Origin: Promethearchaeota archaeon
Lineage (GTDB): Archaea > Asgardarchaeota > Lokiarchaeia > Sigyniarchaeales > SOKP01
Reading direction: 5' to 3'
NCBI GenBank assembly: GCA_016839555.1
Contig: JAEOUA010000001.1
Coordinates: 128,001 to 192,000, forward strand
Length of the DNA stretch: 64,000 nt
The notes under the pieces are model-generated. The model had not been told where the DNA came from. It saw only the letters and a program-made list of their open reading frames with translations, and made no database searches. A program made the position numbers and the translations under genes. Shown in pieces: positions 40,168 to 50,954 of this stretch. Positions within the stretch are counted from its first letter, which is position 1. Every line of letters begins with the position of its first letter.

Positions 40168-40695
40168 TTATATATATTTAATTTCGAAATTCACTTTATT
40201 TTTCGATATTTCCAGAAATGCATAGGAATTGACATCAGTAAATTTCTTATCGGTAGGAGTACCAGGATTAAGATAAAGTTTGCCATCTCTTTCTTCTTTA
40301 AATGGATGATGGGTATGCCCAAAGAGAATAATATCATATTTAGATAAATTATAACTTTTATTTAATCGCTCAATAATTCTATATGGTCCTCCGCTTCCAT
40401 GAGTTAGAAATATTTTATGTCCTAATATCTCTAATTCCTTTTCTGTGGGTAATTTTTCATTAATTTCACGATTATCCATATTTCCGGAGATTGCAATTAT
40501 TTTATCTTTATCAAAATTCTCGATAAGACTATTATAAGTCTCTAACGTAGTGAAATCTCCTAAATGAAAAATATAATCGACATTTTTATCCTTAAAATCT
40601 TTAATAATTTGTTGGGGAATTTCTGAGCCTCGGGAAGGAAGATGAGTATCTGAAATTACTCCTATGAGGATTTTATCCTTATTTATCTGCATCAT
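40168..40695 (-). CDS. YfcE/MJ0936 (Vps29-like fold) metallophosphoesterase
   Basis: ISDTH, HLGD, GNMD, THG, GHTH, NPGT. Confidence 0.92.
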   Translation of the reverse strand: MMQINKDKILIGVISDTHLPSRGSEIPQQIIKDFKDKNVDYIFHLGDFTTLETYNSLIENFDKDKIIAISGNMDNREINEKLPTEKELEILGHKIFLTHGSGGPYRIIERLNKSYNLSKYDIILFGHTHHPFKEERDGKLYLNPGTPTDKKFTDVNSYAFLEISKNKVNFEIKYI

Positions 40696-40837
40696 TTTAC
40701 CATCTTACTATAGAATAATTCTTATTCTATTAAAAATTCGTATTAATTTGAAAATATAGATAAGAAAAACTTTATATTCTGTTAGTTTTTCTCGTTTATA
40801 ATAAAAGAAGATGTTTGGAAAAAAGTGCTAAAAATAG

Positions 40838-42001
40838 ATGAGTATTTTTAAAGAGGATATAGAAGAAGCGAAAAATCGGCTTAAACTTTGGTGGGATCAT
40901 GAAATACTTGATCGACCTTGCATTTCGTATATATTTCCTAAAGAAGGAAAAAAAATACCACATACTGATATTATTTTGGAATATTTTGATCCTTTTCATT
41001 TAGCAGAATTTTGGGATGATATAAAGGGTGCTCTTGATACATTCGAAAAGATTTCAAAAATATTTTATTTTGGAGGAGAAAATATTCCACGATTTTTTCC
41101 AAATTATGGACCCGGTATTATGGCTTCAGTATTGGGAATAATGCCGGAATATAAATCTAGAACTGTATGGTTTTCAAGAGATACCAGCGAAAAGAAAATA
41201 GTGCCATTACTTGAGAATGTAAAAATTAATATGAATAATCCTTGGTATGAAAGATTAATAAAAACCACCGAAATATCTGCTAAACGAGCAGGAGTTAATT
41301 ATTGTATTGCGGTACAAGATCTGGGAGGGATTTTAGACATCATTTCTTCCTTTCTAGGACCTACAAAATTAATTTTAACAATGAAAAGGAATCCTGAACT
41401 TATCGATACCTGTCGGTCAATTATTCTTGAAAAATGGATGAAAGTATATGATGAACTTCAGAAAATAATTGAGCGCTATTCAGATGGCTATAATAGTTGG
41501 ATGAACATTTGGTGTCATAAACCTTGGTACCCCATACAATGTGATTTTGCTGCTTTTTTATCGCCTGAGTGGTACCGAAGATTTGTATTACCGGATATTA
41601 TTGCCCAAGCAGACCAAATGGACTATGCCATTTATCATTTGGATGGTCCTGATGCACTAATTCATTTGGATGAAATACTAAAGATTGAATCAATTGACGG
41701 AATTCAATGGGTTCCCGGAGCAGGAAATGAACTTAAATGTAGTGATTATTGGTTACCTGTTTATAAAAAGATCCAAGAAAAAGGAAAAAATGTCGTAATA
41801 GATTTTTTTGAATTGCCCGAACGATTATCTCATTTTTATAATGTCTTAGATCCGAATAAATTGTTTATTATTTTAATTTTTATGGATCATTTGAGAGCCA
41901 AATTTTTCACTCCCAAATTTTTTGGAGGTGAAGGAGGTGAAGGAACATTTAGAAACTTTAAAAGAACCTATCGCCGCCAAGCAAAAGAGCAAAGAATATA
42001 A
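40838..42001 (+). CDS. Uroporphyrinogen decarboxylase-like / corrinoid methyltransferase-related TIM-barrel protein
   Basis: DRPC, PNYGPG, DLGGILD, QCDF, YHLDGP, IQWVPGAG. Confidence 0.7.
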   Translation: MSIFKEDIEEAKNRLKLWWDHEILDRPCISYIFPKEGKKIPHTDIILEYFDPFHLAEFWDDIKGALDTFEKISKIFYFGGENIPRFFPNYGPGIMASVLGIMPEYKSRTVWFSRDTSEKKIVPLLENVKINMNNPWYERLIKTTEISAKRAGVNYCIAVQDLGGILDIISSFLGPTKLILTMKRNPELIDTCRSIILEKWMKVYDELQKIIERYSDGYNSWMNIWCHKPWYPIQCDFAAFLSPEWYRRFVLPDIIAQADQMDYAIYHLDGPDALIHLDEILKIESIDGIQWVPGAGNELKCSDYWLPVYKKIQEKGKNVVIDFFELPERLSHFYNVLDPNKLFIILIFMDHLRAKFFTPKFFGGEGGEGTFRNFKRTYRRQAKEQRI

Positions 42002-42031
42002 TCATCATAATTTTTCTATAAAAAGATTTCA

Positions 42032-45000
42032 TTATAATTGTTTAGCACATTTACCAATTCCTGAAACAGAATCATCCTTATATAAATTAATCACTCTCAC
42101 ACCTTTAGCTTTTCTATGAGTTATTCTTACGGATTCTACTGGTACTCTAATAACTTGACCCTTTTCAGTACCAATAATGATGTCCTTTTCCTTGGCAATT
42201 TTTACAGCGATTACAGAGTCATCATCTGCTAAATTTATGTTATAAACACCCTTCGCACCCCTGCCTGTTTTTCTATACTCTTTTACATAAGTTCTTTGAC
42301 CTATTCCATTTTTAGTAATTGTCAAAATAATATCATCATTACTCACCAAAAGAGTATCAACCACAGAGTCTCCGTCTCTTAAATCAGCACCCTTAACGCC
42401 TATAGCAGGTCTACCTAATTCTCTAAGCTCTGATTCATCAAATCTGATCGCATAACCTTTTTTAGTAGCAATAAAAATATCCTGCAATTCATTAGTAAGT
42501 CTTTTTACGCTGACTAAACTATCATCCTTCCTAATTCTTTGTGCTTTTATTCCTGTTTTTCGGACTTTTGAAAATATTTTTAATCGAATCTTTTTTACAA
42601 TTCCATTTTCGGTTACCATTATTAACCGATTATTATTATTAAAATTATTAATAGGTATCATTTCAGATATTTTTTCATTATCCCGAAGTGGAATAATATT
42701 GACAATCGGTTTTCCTTTCGCTATGCGGGTTTGTTGCGGAATTTCAAAACATTTAATTGAATAAACTCTTCCTTTTGAAGTAAAGAAGAGGATATTATCA
42801 TGCGTGGAACATACAAATAAATCATTTATAAAATCCTCCTCTCCTACTTCCATTCCTTTTTTCCCCCGTCCTCCCCGATGCTGAGCCCGATATGATTTCA
42901 CAGATATTCTTTTTACATAATGATTTTTTGTTAATATCACCATAGTGGGTTCTTTTTTAATAAAATCTTTTTTTTGCATATTTCTAATTGGTTCTGAGTC
43001 CTCGATTTGGGTTCTCCTCTCGTCTCCATATGTTTCCATTAATTCTGCCAGTTCTTGTTTAATTATGTTAAGTCTCTTTTCTTTACTTTCCAAAATTTTC
43101 TTAATTTCTTCTATTTGATTTGTTAATGCTTTTTGTTCATCAAATAATTTTTGCTGTTCTAAATTTGTTAATCGAGAGAGCGGCATTTGTAGAATTGCCT
43201 TTACTTGAATTTCTGTAAGATTATAGGCATTCATTAATTTTATTTTCGCATCATTTTTATCTTTTGCATTTTTAATCATTTGAACAATATTATCTATATT
43301 ATTTAATGCAATTATTAGTCCCTTAACTTTATGAAGACGCTTTTTAGCCTTCTTAAGTGCATATTCATTTCTTTTATAGATAATATCAAGTCGATGATTA
43401 ATGTATTCTTCAATTAATTCCTTAAGTGTAAGAATCTTCGGTAATTTTCCATTTTCAATTAACACAAGGTTTTTTATGTTAAAACTGTTAAATAATTGGG
43501 TTCTTTTATATAATTTATTTTCTATTATTTCTGGTTGAGCTTTCTCCTTTAATTCTAAAACAATTCTCATTCCTTTTCTATCGGATTCATCTCGTAAATC
43601 ACTTACATCTTCTATAACTCCTTCTTTTATGAGTTTTGCAATCTTTTTGAGCAAAGAAGATTTATTTAACAAATAGGGAATCTCTGTAATTACTAGTCTT
43701 CTTCTATTATCTTTTTCTTCTAACTCGATTTTGCCTTTAATTTTAATTTTTCCAGATCCACTGCTATATGCATTATGTATTCCTGAAGGATTGGTAATGA
43801 TCCCTCCAGTTGGAAAATCAGGTCCTTTTATAATTTCCATTAGTTCTTCCAAAGAAATATCTGGGTTATCTATTGATGCTATAATTCCTTCACAGACCTC
43901 CGTTATATTATGAGGAGGCATTGAAGTGGACATCCCAACAGCAATTCCCTTAGTTCCATTTATCAAGATATTAGGAATTTTTGATGGTAAATAAATAGGT
44001 TCTTTTAAAGTATTATCAAAATTTGGTTGAAATTCAACAGTCTCGCGATCTATGTCTTCGACTAATTCACTGGCTATTCTAGACATTCGAGCTTCAGTGT
44101 TATGATTGATGAATCCATTCGCTGTAAATGAATGACAATCCGAGTCTACCCGAATTGAATAAACATGATCCTCGGAAAGGTGATTAATTGAATCTATTTC
44201 TTGGAAGAGATAATTATTCTCTATAAGTTCTTCAAGTAATGATACTTCATATGCTTCAATAAATGTTTTGATGTGATTTATCTTCTTCTTAAGAGAATTA
44301 TATCTATCGATATTCTGTTTTTGAAAGTATTCATTAAACCGGTAGTTATATTTACCTTTAAAGTAATCCGCTAAGTAAGGAATAAAATCAGTTTTACTAA
44401 GTCTTGTACCATCTATTTCCCGAAGCTCCTCAAGTTTCTCTGATTTCCTAGATGAAAAGAATCCAATCTCGTCAGCAAACCTTAGTTTTGATTCCATTCC
44501 AAGTATAGTAATCCTATATGTATCATTTCTCGGATCTGGGATGAGATGACTAGTTATGATCCCAAAACAAAGTAATATATATTTCAACTGGTGATGTAAC
44601 TTAATACTTTCTGAAGTGTAATTTAGGTTAGATGATTTTCCTCCATGTCTTTTATCTGTGATTATTTGGATTGATCCATCTCTCTCAAACAAACCCTGTA
44701 AAAAAGAAGCTACAACGGATTTACTTGATCTTAATACCGAAAATGGAATCTCTTTCTCATCTGATTTGACTGGATCGAGCCCGATACTATAGAGAAAATC
44801 AAGAACATCCCTATAGTGTAGAGAAAATTCCTTCCATCCTTCATATTCGGGCCTTTCATACAGAAAGATCCCCGGGAATGAATTTAATAATCCATTCTTC
44901 ACTTTCTCATAATATTCATGATCCTTATTGTTGAAAGAGAGACGTTGCTGAACTGTATCTGATATACTGCCTTCTGCTACGAGAGCTCCAAGAGAAAATG

Positions 45001-45892
45001 CCAATTCTTCGGTGATCTCTGTTGGAAATTCTACCTCACGTCTTTTATCGGAACTCTCCGGGATGTGATGTACTGTACTATAATTTTTTTTTGGGAACAA
45101 TCCTTTTCGATTAAGAATCACAATATCCTCTTTAGAAATTTCTCTTAAAGTCTTCCAAACAGTCATTGGCTTACCATTGGAATCCTTACTCCAACATAGT
45201 ACAGGATGGTTTTCCGATCCCTTAATTGAATAACCTTGTTTGGTGACCACCTGGATGATATTGTGAACTCCAGAATCAAAAAATTTTGTTGCTCTGTTAA
45301 TATTCCCTTTATAAGAAAGAATCTCAATATCTATATCTCCTTCATAACCTTCGGACACGATTGATTGAAGCATATAATTATTATTCATTTCGATATTTTT
45401 AATGTCCTTTTGAATACCAATCTTTTTACTTAAAATTGAGGAGGTCTTATTTCTAACTTTCTCTGAAAGCTTTTTTATTGGGATCAAACCCTCTCCAGTG
45501 AGGATAAGAGTATCACCTGTTACGCAGTACCTCATGGCTGCTGGTGGATCGCCGTCTATAGAGCCAAAATTACCTTGAGGATTGATTAATGAGTATCTCA
45601 TGGAAAAGTCTTGTGCCATACGTACAAGGCTGTTATAAACTGCAGCATCACCGTGAGGGTGATATTTCCCTAAGGTATCTCCCACGATTCTTGCAGACTT
45701 TACATGAGGTCTATTATAAAATTGATTATTATCCGTCATAGACCAAATAATTCTTCGATGAACTGGTTTTAATCCATCTCGCACATCAGGAATAGCTCTC
45801 CCAACAACTACAGACATCGCATAGTCAATGTAGCTTTCTTTCATTTCTCTCTTTAATAAAATTTCCTTAATATTTTCGTTTTCGGTTGTCAA
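42032..45892 (-). CDS. gyrA: DNA gyrase subunit A, intein-containing
   Basis: RAIPDVRDGLKPVHRR, YHPHGD, AAMRY/TEARM, GPDFPTGG, GyrA-box QHRGGRG, C-terminal pinwheel repeats. Confidence 0.97.
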   Translation of the reverse strand: MTTENENIKEILLKREMKESYIDYAMSVVVGRAIPDVRDGLKPVHRRIIWSMTDNNQFYNRPHVKSARIVGDTLGKYHPHGDAAVYNSLVRMAQDFSMRYSLINPQGNFGSIDGDPPAAMRYCVTGDTLILTGEGLIPIKKLSEKVRNKTSSILSKKIGIQKDIKNIEMNNNYMLQSIVSEGYEGDIDIEILSYKGNINRATKFFDSGVHNIIQVVTKQGYSIKGSENHPVLCWSKDSNGKPMTVWKTLREISKEDIVILNRKGLFPKKNYSTVHHIPESSDKRREVEFPTEITEELAFSLGALVAEGSISDTVQQRLSFNNKDHEYYEKVKNGLLNSFPGIFLYERPEYEGWKEFSLHYRDVLDFLYSIGLDPVKSDEKEIPFSVLRSSKSVVASFLQGLFERDGSIQIITDKRHGGKSSNLNYTSESIKLHHQLKYILLCFGIITSHLIPDPRNDTYRITILGMESKLRFADEIGFFSSRKSEKLEELREIDGTRLSKTDFIPYLADYFKGKYNYRFNEYFQKQNIDRYNSLKKKINHIKTFIEAYEVSLLEELIENNYLFQEIDSINHLSEDHVYSIRVDSDCHSFTANGFINHNTEARMSRIASELVEDIDRETVEFQPNFDNTLKEPIYLPSKIPNILINGTKGIAVGMSTSMPPHNITEVCEGIIASIDNPDISLEELMEIIKGPDFPTGGIITNPSGIHNAYSSGSGKIKIKGKIELEEKDNRRRLVITEIPYLLNKSSLLKKIAKLIKEGVIEDVSDLRDESDRKGMRIVLELKEKAQPEIIENKLYKRTQLFNSFNIKNLVLIENGKLPKILTLKELIEEYINHRLDIIYKRNEYALKKAKKRLHKVKGLIIALNNIDNIVQMIKNAKDKNDAKIKLMNAYNLTEIQVKAILQMPLSRLTNLEQQKLFDEQKALTNQIEEIKKILESKEKRLNIIKQELAELMETYGDERRTQIEDSEPIRNMQKKDFIKKEPTMVILTKNHYVKRISVKSYRAQHRGGRGKKGMEVGEEDFINDLFVCSTHDNILFFTSKGRVYSIKCFEIPQQTRIAKGKPIVNIIPLRDNEKISEMIPINNFNNNNRLIMVTENGIVKKIRLKIFSKVRKTGIKAQRIRKDDSLVSVKRLTNELQDIFIATKKGYAIRFDESELRELGRPAIGVKGADLRDGDSVVDTLLVSNDDIILTITKNGIGQRTYVKEYRKTGRGAKGVYNINLADDDSVIAVKIAKEKDIIIGTEKGQVIRVPVESVRITHRKAKGVRVINLYKDDSVSGIGKCAKQL
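44099..45526 (-). mobile_element. Intein (476 aa) with LAGLIDADG-type homing endonuclease, inserted after GyrA Tyr122
   Basis: Y|CVTGDT, block B GSENHPV, LGALVAEG and FLQGLFERDG, VYSIRVDSDCHSFTANGFINHN|T. Confidence 0.95.
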
Positions 45893-45964
45893 AAAAAGAC
45901 CCGTTCTTTTTGAATTTAAGATTTATATTAAAAATAAATATAAGATTATATAATTTCTAACTAG

Positions 45965-47974
45965 TTAAATATCAAGAACAGAGACCTCATCATAATTATC
46001 AATTATAAATTTTCGTCTAGGCTTTACTTCTTTTCCCATTAATTGCGTGAAAATTTTATCGGTTTCCAAGTAATCCTCGTAAATAACGCGCTTGAGGACC
46101 CTTGTTTCTCTGTTCATTGTTGTTTGATATAACTCATCTGGAGACATTTCTCCCAGTCCTTTGTATCTTTTAATATTTATTGCACTTGAATCTTTTAACT
46201 CATATTTTTCCATAAGTTCTTTAATATATTCATCCCTCTGTCTGTCTGAATATACATATTTACCCGTTTTTTTATAATTAAAATAATATAATGGAGGTGC
46301 TGCGACATATAAATGTCCATTATCGATTAAAGGGCGCATATATCTAAAGAAAAATGTAAGCAGAAGGGTTTCTATATGGGCTCCATCCACATCTGCATCG
46401 CAAAAGATTATGACTTTATTATATCTTAAACTATCCAAATCAAAGTCTTCATCGTTCACTCCCTGAACCCCAATCCCAAGAGCTTTTATAATAGCTAAAA
46501 TTTCATTATTTTTGAGAATTCTGTCTATTCTGGCTTTTTCTACGTTTAAAATTTTACCTCTTAACGGCAGAATCGCTTGGTAATTTCTATCTCTGCCCTG
46601 TTTAGCACTTCCTCCAGCACTATCACCCTCTACAATAAAGATTTCACATTCTTTAGGATCATTAGAAGAACAATCTGCCAATTTTCCTGGCATTCGTGCA
46701 TTATTAAGAACTGATTTTCGCCTTATTAACTGCCGAGCTTTTTTCGCCGCTTCTCTAGCTTTTTTAGCATCAATCGATTTATTTATGATTTTCTTACCAA
46801 CCACAGGATTATTTTCTAAAAATTTCATTAAATCTTCAGTAAGGACTTGGCTTATTGCTTGGCGAGCCTCTGGATTTCCTAATTTTATCTTTGTTTGACT
46901 CTCAAATTGAGGATCTGGTAATTGAATAGACACAACTGCGGAAAGCCCTTCTCTCGTATCACCCCCACTTAAAGTGAGACCTTTATACTTTTTTCCCATA
47001 TATTCTTCGATATAACTATTCAAGGTGCGAGTTAAGGCAGACTTGAATCCGGTAAGATGTGTTCCTCCCTCTATCGTATTTATAGTATTACAATAAGTTA
47101 AAATGTTTGTTTGATACCCTTGGTTATATTGCATCGCAATTTCAACTCTGATACTATTTTTTTCCCCTTTTTTCGTCTCATCAATATATTCATTTTGAAT
47201 ATAAATGATTTCGTCATGGAGTGGTTGTTTTTCTTCATTTAAATGAGCTATAAACTCTTTTAACCCTTCCTCATAATGAAATGCTTTTTGTTCTTCAGTG
47301 TTCTTGTCGTAAATTTCAAACTTTGCCTGAGGGGTAAGAAATGCTAGTTCACGCATGCGATTAGCTATCGTGGAAAACTGAAATATTGACTCTCCCTCAT
47401 TGAACTCAAAAATTTCATCATCAGGGTAAAATCTAATATTTGTTCCCTGCTTTTCTTTGGGACTGTCCATTATTATTGGATCTGAAGCTTTCTTTCCCCG
47501 AGAAAATTTCTGCTTATAACATTGACCATCTCGGTAAATTTTAAGATCTAACCATTTTGATAACGCATTTACGACTGAAAGGCCGACTCCGTGAAGCCCC
47601 CCTGAAATTTTATACATTTTATTATCAAATTTTCCTCCCGCGTGTAAATGTTCCATAATTACTTCCACTGCGGGTTTATTAAATTCTTCATGAATATCTA
47701 TTGGTATTCCTCGCCCGTTATCTCTTACTTCTACGGAGTTATCCTCATGAAATATAACTCTAATATGGTCAGCATAGCCACTAATAGCTTCATCCACGCA
47801 GTTATCAATGACTTCCATAACAAGGTGGTGAAGACCTCTTGCCCCTGTATCGCCTACATACATACTTGGCCTCTTTCTGACACCTTCCAAGCCTTTCAAC
47901 ACTTTTATGCTTTTTGCATCGTAGTGATTTTGCTCAGGTTCAGTTAGGTCCTCAATCCCCTTTTTTTCTGCCAT
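45965..47974 (-). CDS. gyrB: DNA gyrase subunit B
   Basis: VRKRPSMYVG, EVIDNCVDE, HAGGKF, GLHGVG, VEGDSAGG, PLRGK, DADVDG, RYKGLGEM. Confidence 0.97.
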   Translation of the reverse strand: MAEKKGIEDLTEPEQNHYDAKSIKVLKGLEGVRKRPSMYVGDTGARGLHHLVMEVIDNCVDEAISGYADHIRVIFHEDNSVEVRDNGRGIPIDIHEEFNKPAVEVIMEHLHAGGKFDNKMYKISGGLHGVGLSVVNALSKWLDLKIYRDGQCYKQKFSRGKKASDPIIMDSPKEKQGTNIRFYPDDEIFEFNEGESIFQFSTIANRMRELAFLTPQAKFEIYDKNTEEQKAFHYEEGLKEFIAHLNEEKQPLHDEIIYIQNEYIDETKKGEKNSIRVEIAMQYNQGYQTNILTYCNTINTIEGGTHLTGFKSALTRTLNSYIEEYMGKKYKGLTLSGGDTREGLSAVVSIQLPDPQFESQTKIKLGNPEARQAISQVLTEDLMKFLENNPVVGKKIINKSIDAKKAREAAKKARQLIRRKSVLNNARMPGKLADCSSNDPKECEIFIVEGDSAGGSAKQGRDRNYQAILPLRGKILNVEKARIDRILKNNEILAIIKALGIGVQGVNDEDFDLDSLRYNKVIIFCDADVDGAHIETLLLTFFFRYMRPLIDNGHLYVAAPPLYYFNYKKTGKYVYSDRQRDEYIKELMEKYELKDSSAINIKRYKGLGEMSPDELYQTTMNRETRVLKRVIYEDYLETDKIFTQLMGKEVKPRRKFIIDNYDEVSVLDI

Positions 47975-48651
47975 TAATAATCGGTTTTTTTTGTTAATAG
48001 TTATTTTTCATTCTATGAAAAAAACGTCTTAATAGGAATTAGATCCTTAAATACATAGAAAAATTGAGTTATTCTTCCTTATATAATAATAGTAAGTACG
48101 ATAATTTAAATGTATATACAAATAAAATATCTTGGAAATGCTTCTAAAGTGAAATTAAATGATTTAATTGATATTTGCTTCAATAAAAAATAATATTTTT
48201 AATATTATAAATCATATATTCACTCAAATATGTTGTATGCTCTTTAAATCAAGTATTTTTTTATTTTAAAAAAAACTTTCCAAAAAGTAAATACATCAGC
48301 ACACTTCGAATAATTATCAATTCAAGCATTAATTTCAATATTTAGATATAATTTAAGGAAGTAAAACAAATTTTCCTGATTTTTGAAGGATTTAATTGAT
48401 AATTCAATAAACAAAGAATTAATAAGTCGCCTCGGATGAAAAACCAAATGACTCTAAAAGAAGATTATATTGATATGTTTTTCTAGAAGATGATAATTTA
48501 TCCTACTAACCATAATGAAGTTTATATTTTTTGCTTCAAAAATTCTGAGGCTAAATTTAGTATTTTTTCTACTATTTTATAAAATTTTATTTTTATAGAG
48601 CAAAAGCCTTTTTTTAAATGTTACTCAGAGTTCCATTCTAAGAATATATAT

Positions 48652-48930
48652 TTAATTTAATTCTTTCAGTAAAATATGTTTCATTGATTTCTTATCTCGT
48701 TTTGACAACTTTGAATTCTCTTCCTCCATAATAAGACCCTCTTGCCTAATTAATGCAAGATAAAGGATGATCATATTTTTTTGAAATGAAGTGCTATAAA
48801 TAGAGGGAAAACAGATCTTCCTGCAGAAGGCATAAGTAGCCCATTGAGCTATTTTCTCTCTAGGATAATGAGAAGGTTCAAATAAACTAACGAACCGTTC
48901 GTAACACAAGATTTCTTTTGTTCTACTCAT
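48652..48930 (-). CDS. Small hypothetical protein
   Basis: 92-aa ATG ORF in line with its neighbours; no motif recognised. Confidence 0.55.
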   Translation of the reverse strand: MSRTKEILCYERFVSLFEPSHYPREKIAQWATYAFCRKICFPSIYSTSFQKNMIILYLALIRQEGLIMEEENSKLSKRDKKSMKHILLKELN

Positions 48931-49046
48931 TTTCTTTATAAGGGTGTTTAATTATGATACTTACGTGAAGCTATAAAAAGAGATATATCATCTGTATATT
49001 AGATACCTAATATCAAAAAAACAGGCAAAAAATAAAATATAAAAAA

Positions 49047-49553
49047 TTAAATTTCTATTATTTCTGCTTCCATCTTATCTGTATCTACAATTGCAAATGA
49101 CGCTTTATGGCTTAAATAACCGCAAGCTTCACCGGGATTTACTACTAACACACCATTATCATAGGTTTTATTCATAACATCATGAGTGTGTCCAAAAAGA
49201 ACAATATCAAAATTGCCCGATTTTGCGATGGAATCTACGACTTCCTCATTTGGCATGTGTGCCGCAAATACCCTTTTGCCGTCAAATTCAGATATTAATT
49301 CCATACCTACTAAATGACAGATTTGGCCGAGATTTTCTTTGAGAAACACTCGATCCCCATCATTATTACCATAGACCCCATAAAAATTAGCTTTTATCTT
49401 TTCATTCAGATTATCGAATACTCTGAAGGTAAATGGAGACACATAATCGCCACAATGGATGAGGGCATCTACATTCCTTTGGTTTAAAATAGAAACTGCT
49501 TTAGAAATATTATCCATATGGTCATGAGTATCAGAAATCACTCCAATCTTCAT
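49047..49553 (-). CDS. YfcE/MJ0936 metallophosphoesterase
   Basis: ISDTHD, HCGD, GNNDGD, GHTH, NPGEACG. Confidence 0.93.
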   Translation of the reverse strand: MKIGVISDTHDHMDNISKAVSILNQRNVDALIHCGDYVSPFTFRVFDNLNEKIKANFYGVYGNNDGDRVFLKENLGQICHLVGMELISEFDGKRVFAAHMPNEEVVDSIAKSGNFDIVLFGHTHDVMNKTYDNGVLVVNPGEACGYLSHKASFAIVDTDKMEAEIIEI

Positions 49554-49645
49554 TATTTATTTCTCCTATTTTCGATTTTACGATAGATTATTTTTTAATA
49601 ACTTAAATTTTTAAATTAATTAAAAATTTAACTTTAATCTATTTT

Positions 49646-49843
49646 TTGATCCTATCATTAATAACCCTTTTACTAACGGCTGTTCTTTTTATTGGAGTAA
49701 TTCAAATTATTTTAGATTATTTTTTTCATGATTTTTTTTGGCTTTTGGATTTTCCTTTTTGGGAGTGGGTTTTATTTATCGCACTTACTATACAATTACT
49801 TTTTATAGGATTAATAGTCACTGAACAAATTTCTTCTTCTTAA
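49646..49843 (+). CDS. Possible small two-TM protein
   Basis: 65-aa TTG ORF with two hydrophobic segments; T-rich DNA could give this by chance. Confidence 0.4.
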   Translation: MILSLITLLLTAVLFIGVIQIILDYFFHDFFWLLDFPFWEWVLFIALTIQLLFIGLIVTEQISSS

Positions 49844-49986
49844 TATTAAACAGTATATAACATTAATTTTTAAATATTTGAAAATAATTAAGCATTCAAT
49901 ATCCTTGATGATGTTTATATGTCTTAAAAATAATAATGAATTAATTGAACATTAATAAATATAAAAATTAAAAAATTTACAAAATC

Positions 49987-50832
49987 ATGGTCTCTAATCA
50001 AGAACCTCTTTCAGAACCGTCAAAGGAAAAAAAATTCTTTAAAAAAATTGCCCTAATATTGTTTTTCATCTTATCTTATGCATTAATAACGCTTTCTGTA
50101 ATTCTTAAATTAATATTTAAACAAGCATTTCCCGAAATACTTTATTGGATTCTTTCGGCTTGGAGCCCAACCATATCTGCGATTTTTATATCTGGATTGA
50201 GTGGTGGATGGAATCAGATAAAATCATTACTTAAAGGTTTTCTTAAATGGCGAGTTGGAATCAAATGGTACCTTGCAGCATTTTTCATAATGCTGGGACC
50301 TCTTGCTTTTGCGCTGATTTATAATTTATTTGGAGGGGAATCTCCTGGAATCGACCCAAGCCTTACTGCCCCCATACTATTATATTACTTACTTTTTACT
50401 TTCCTTTCTGGTCCTTTAAGCGAGGAGGCGGGATGGAGAGGATTTGCCTTACCAAGATTGCAGTCAAGATTCAGCGCATTAGTATCAAGTATTTTCTTGG
50501 GGTTAATATGGGCATTTTGGCATTTACCTCTATATTTTGTTGAAGATAGACTTGCATTGTATATATTTGTTCCATTAGTGCTTGTTATTTCAATTCTTAT
50601 GACTTGGGTTTACAATAATTCCCGTGGGAGCCTTATATTGACCATAATCATGCATTTCAGTTTTAACTTTGACATGGCATTTCTTGTAGGTTATTTAGGA
50701 TTAATGCCACAGATGGTCTTTTATATTAGCGCAAGTATAGGAATAGGTGTATATCTGATCGCTGTTATTCTATATGCTGGACCTAAAAAACTTTCGAGAA
50801 AACCTGAATCAGAAATCCCTCGCTTAAATTAA
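49987..50832 (+). CDS. CPBP (CAAX/Abi) intramembrane glutamic protease
   Basis: EEAGWRG, WAFWHLP, MHFSFN. Confidence 0.93.
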   Translation: MVSNQEPLSEPSKEKKFFKKIALILFFILSYALITLSVILKLIFKQAFPEILYWILSAWSPTISAIFISGLSGGWNQIKSLLKGFLKWRVGIKWYLAAFFIMLGPLAFALIYNLFGGESPGIDPSLTAPILLYYLLFTFLSGPLSEEAGWRGFALPRLQSRFSALVSSIFLGLIWAFWHLPLYFVEDRLALYIFVPLVLVISILMTWVYNNSRGSLILTIIMHFSFNFDMAFLVGYLGLMPQMVFYISASIGIGVYLIAVILYAGPKKLSRKPESEIPRLN

Positions 50833-50954
50833 TTTTAAACTTTTTTCCTTAATTTCCCTAATAATCTATTTTTTCAGCGTCTATATACGCCTAGAATAAC
50901 CTATATCTCAAATTTGTCCTAAGGTTTATATATTATGGTGTCTGATATAGATTT

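Noticed and set aside
40168-40695. Vps29 retromer subunit as a eukaryotic signature protein
   Set aside because: All metal-binding motifs of ordinary prokaryotic YfcE/MJ0936 phosphoesterases are intact, and nothing specific to Vps29 was seen.
42032-47974. Bacterial contamination or chimeric contig suggested by gyrase
   Set aside because: Composition is broadly continuous with the flanking archaeal genes, and gyrase is known in several archaeal lineages.
47975-48651. C/D-box sRNA or degraded gene upstream of gyrB
   Set aside because: Only scattered ATGA/CTGA words with wrong spacing and no sustained reading frame; expected by chance in AT-rich DNA.
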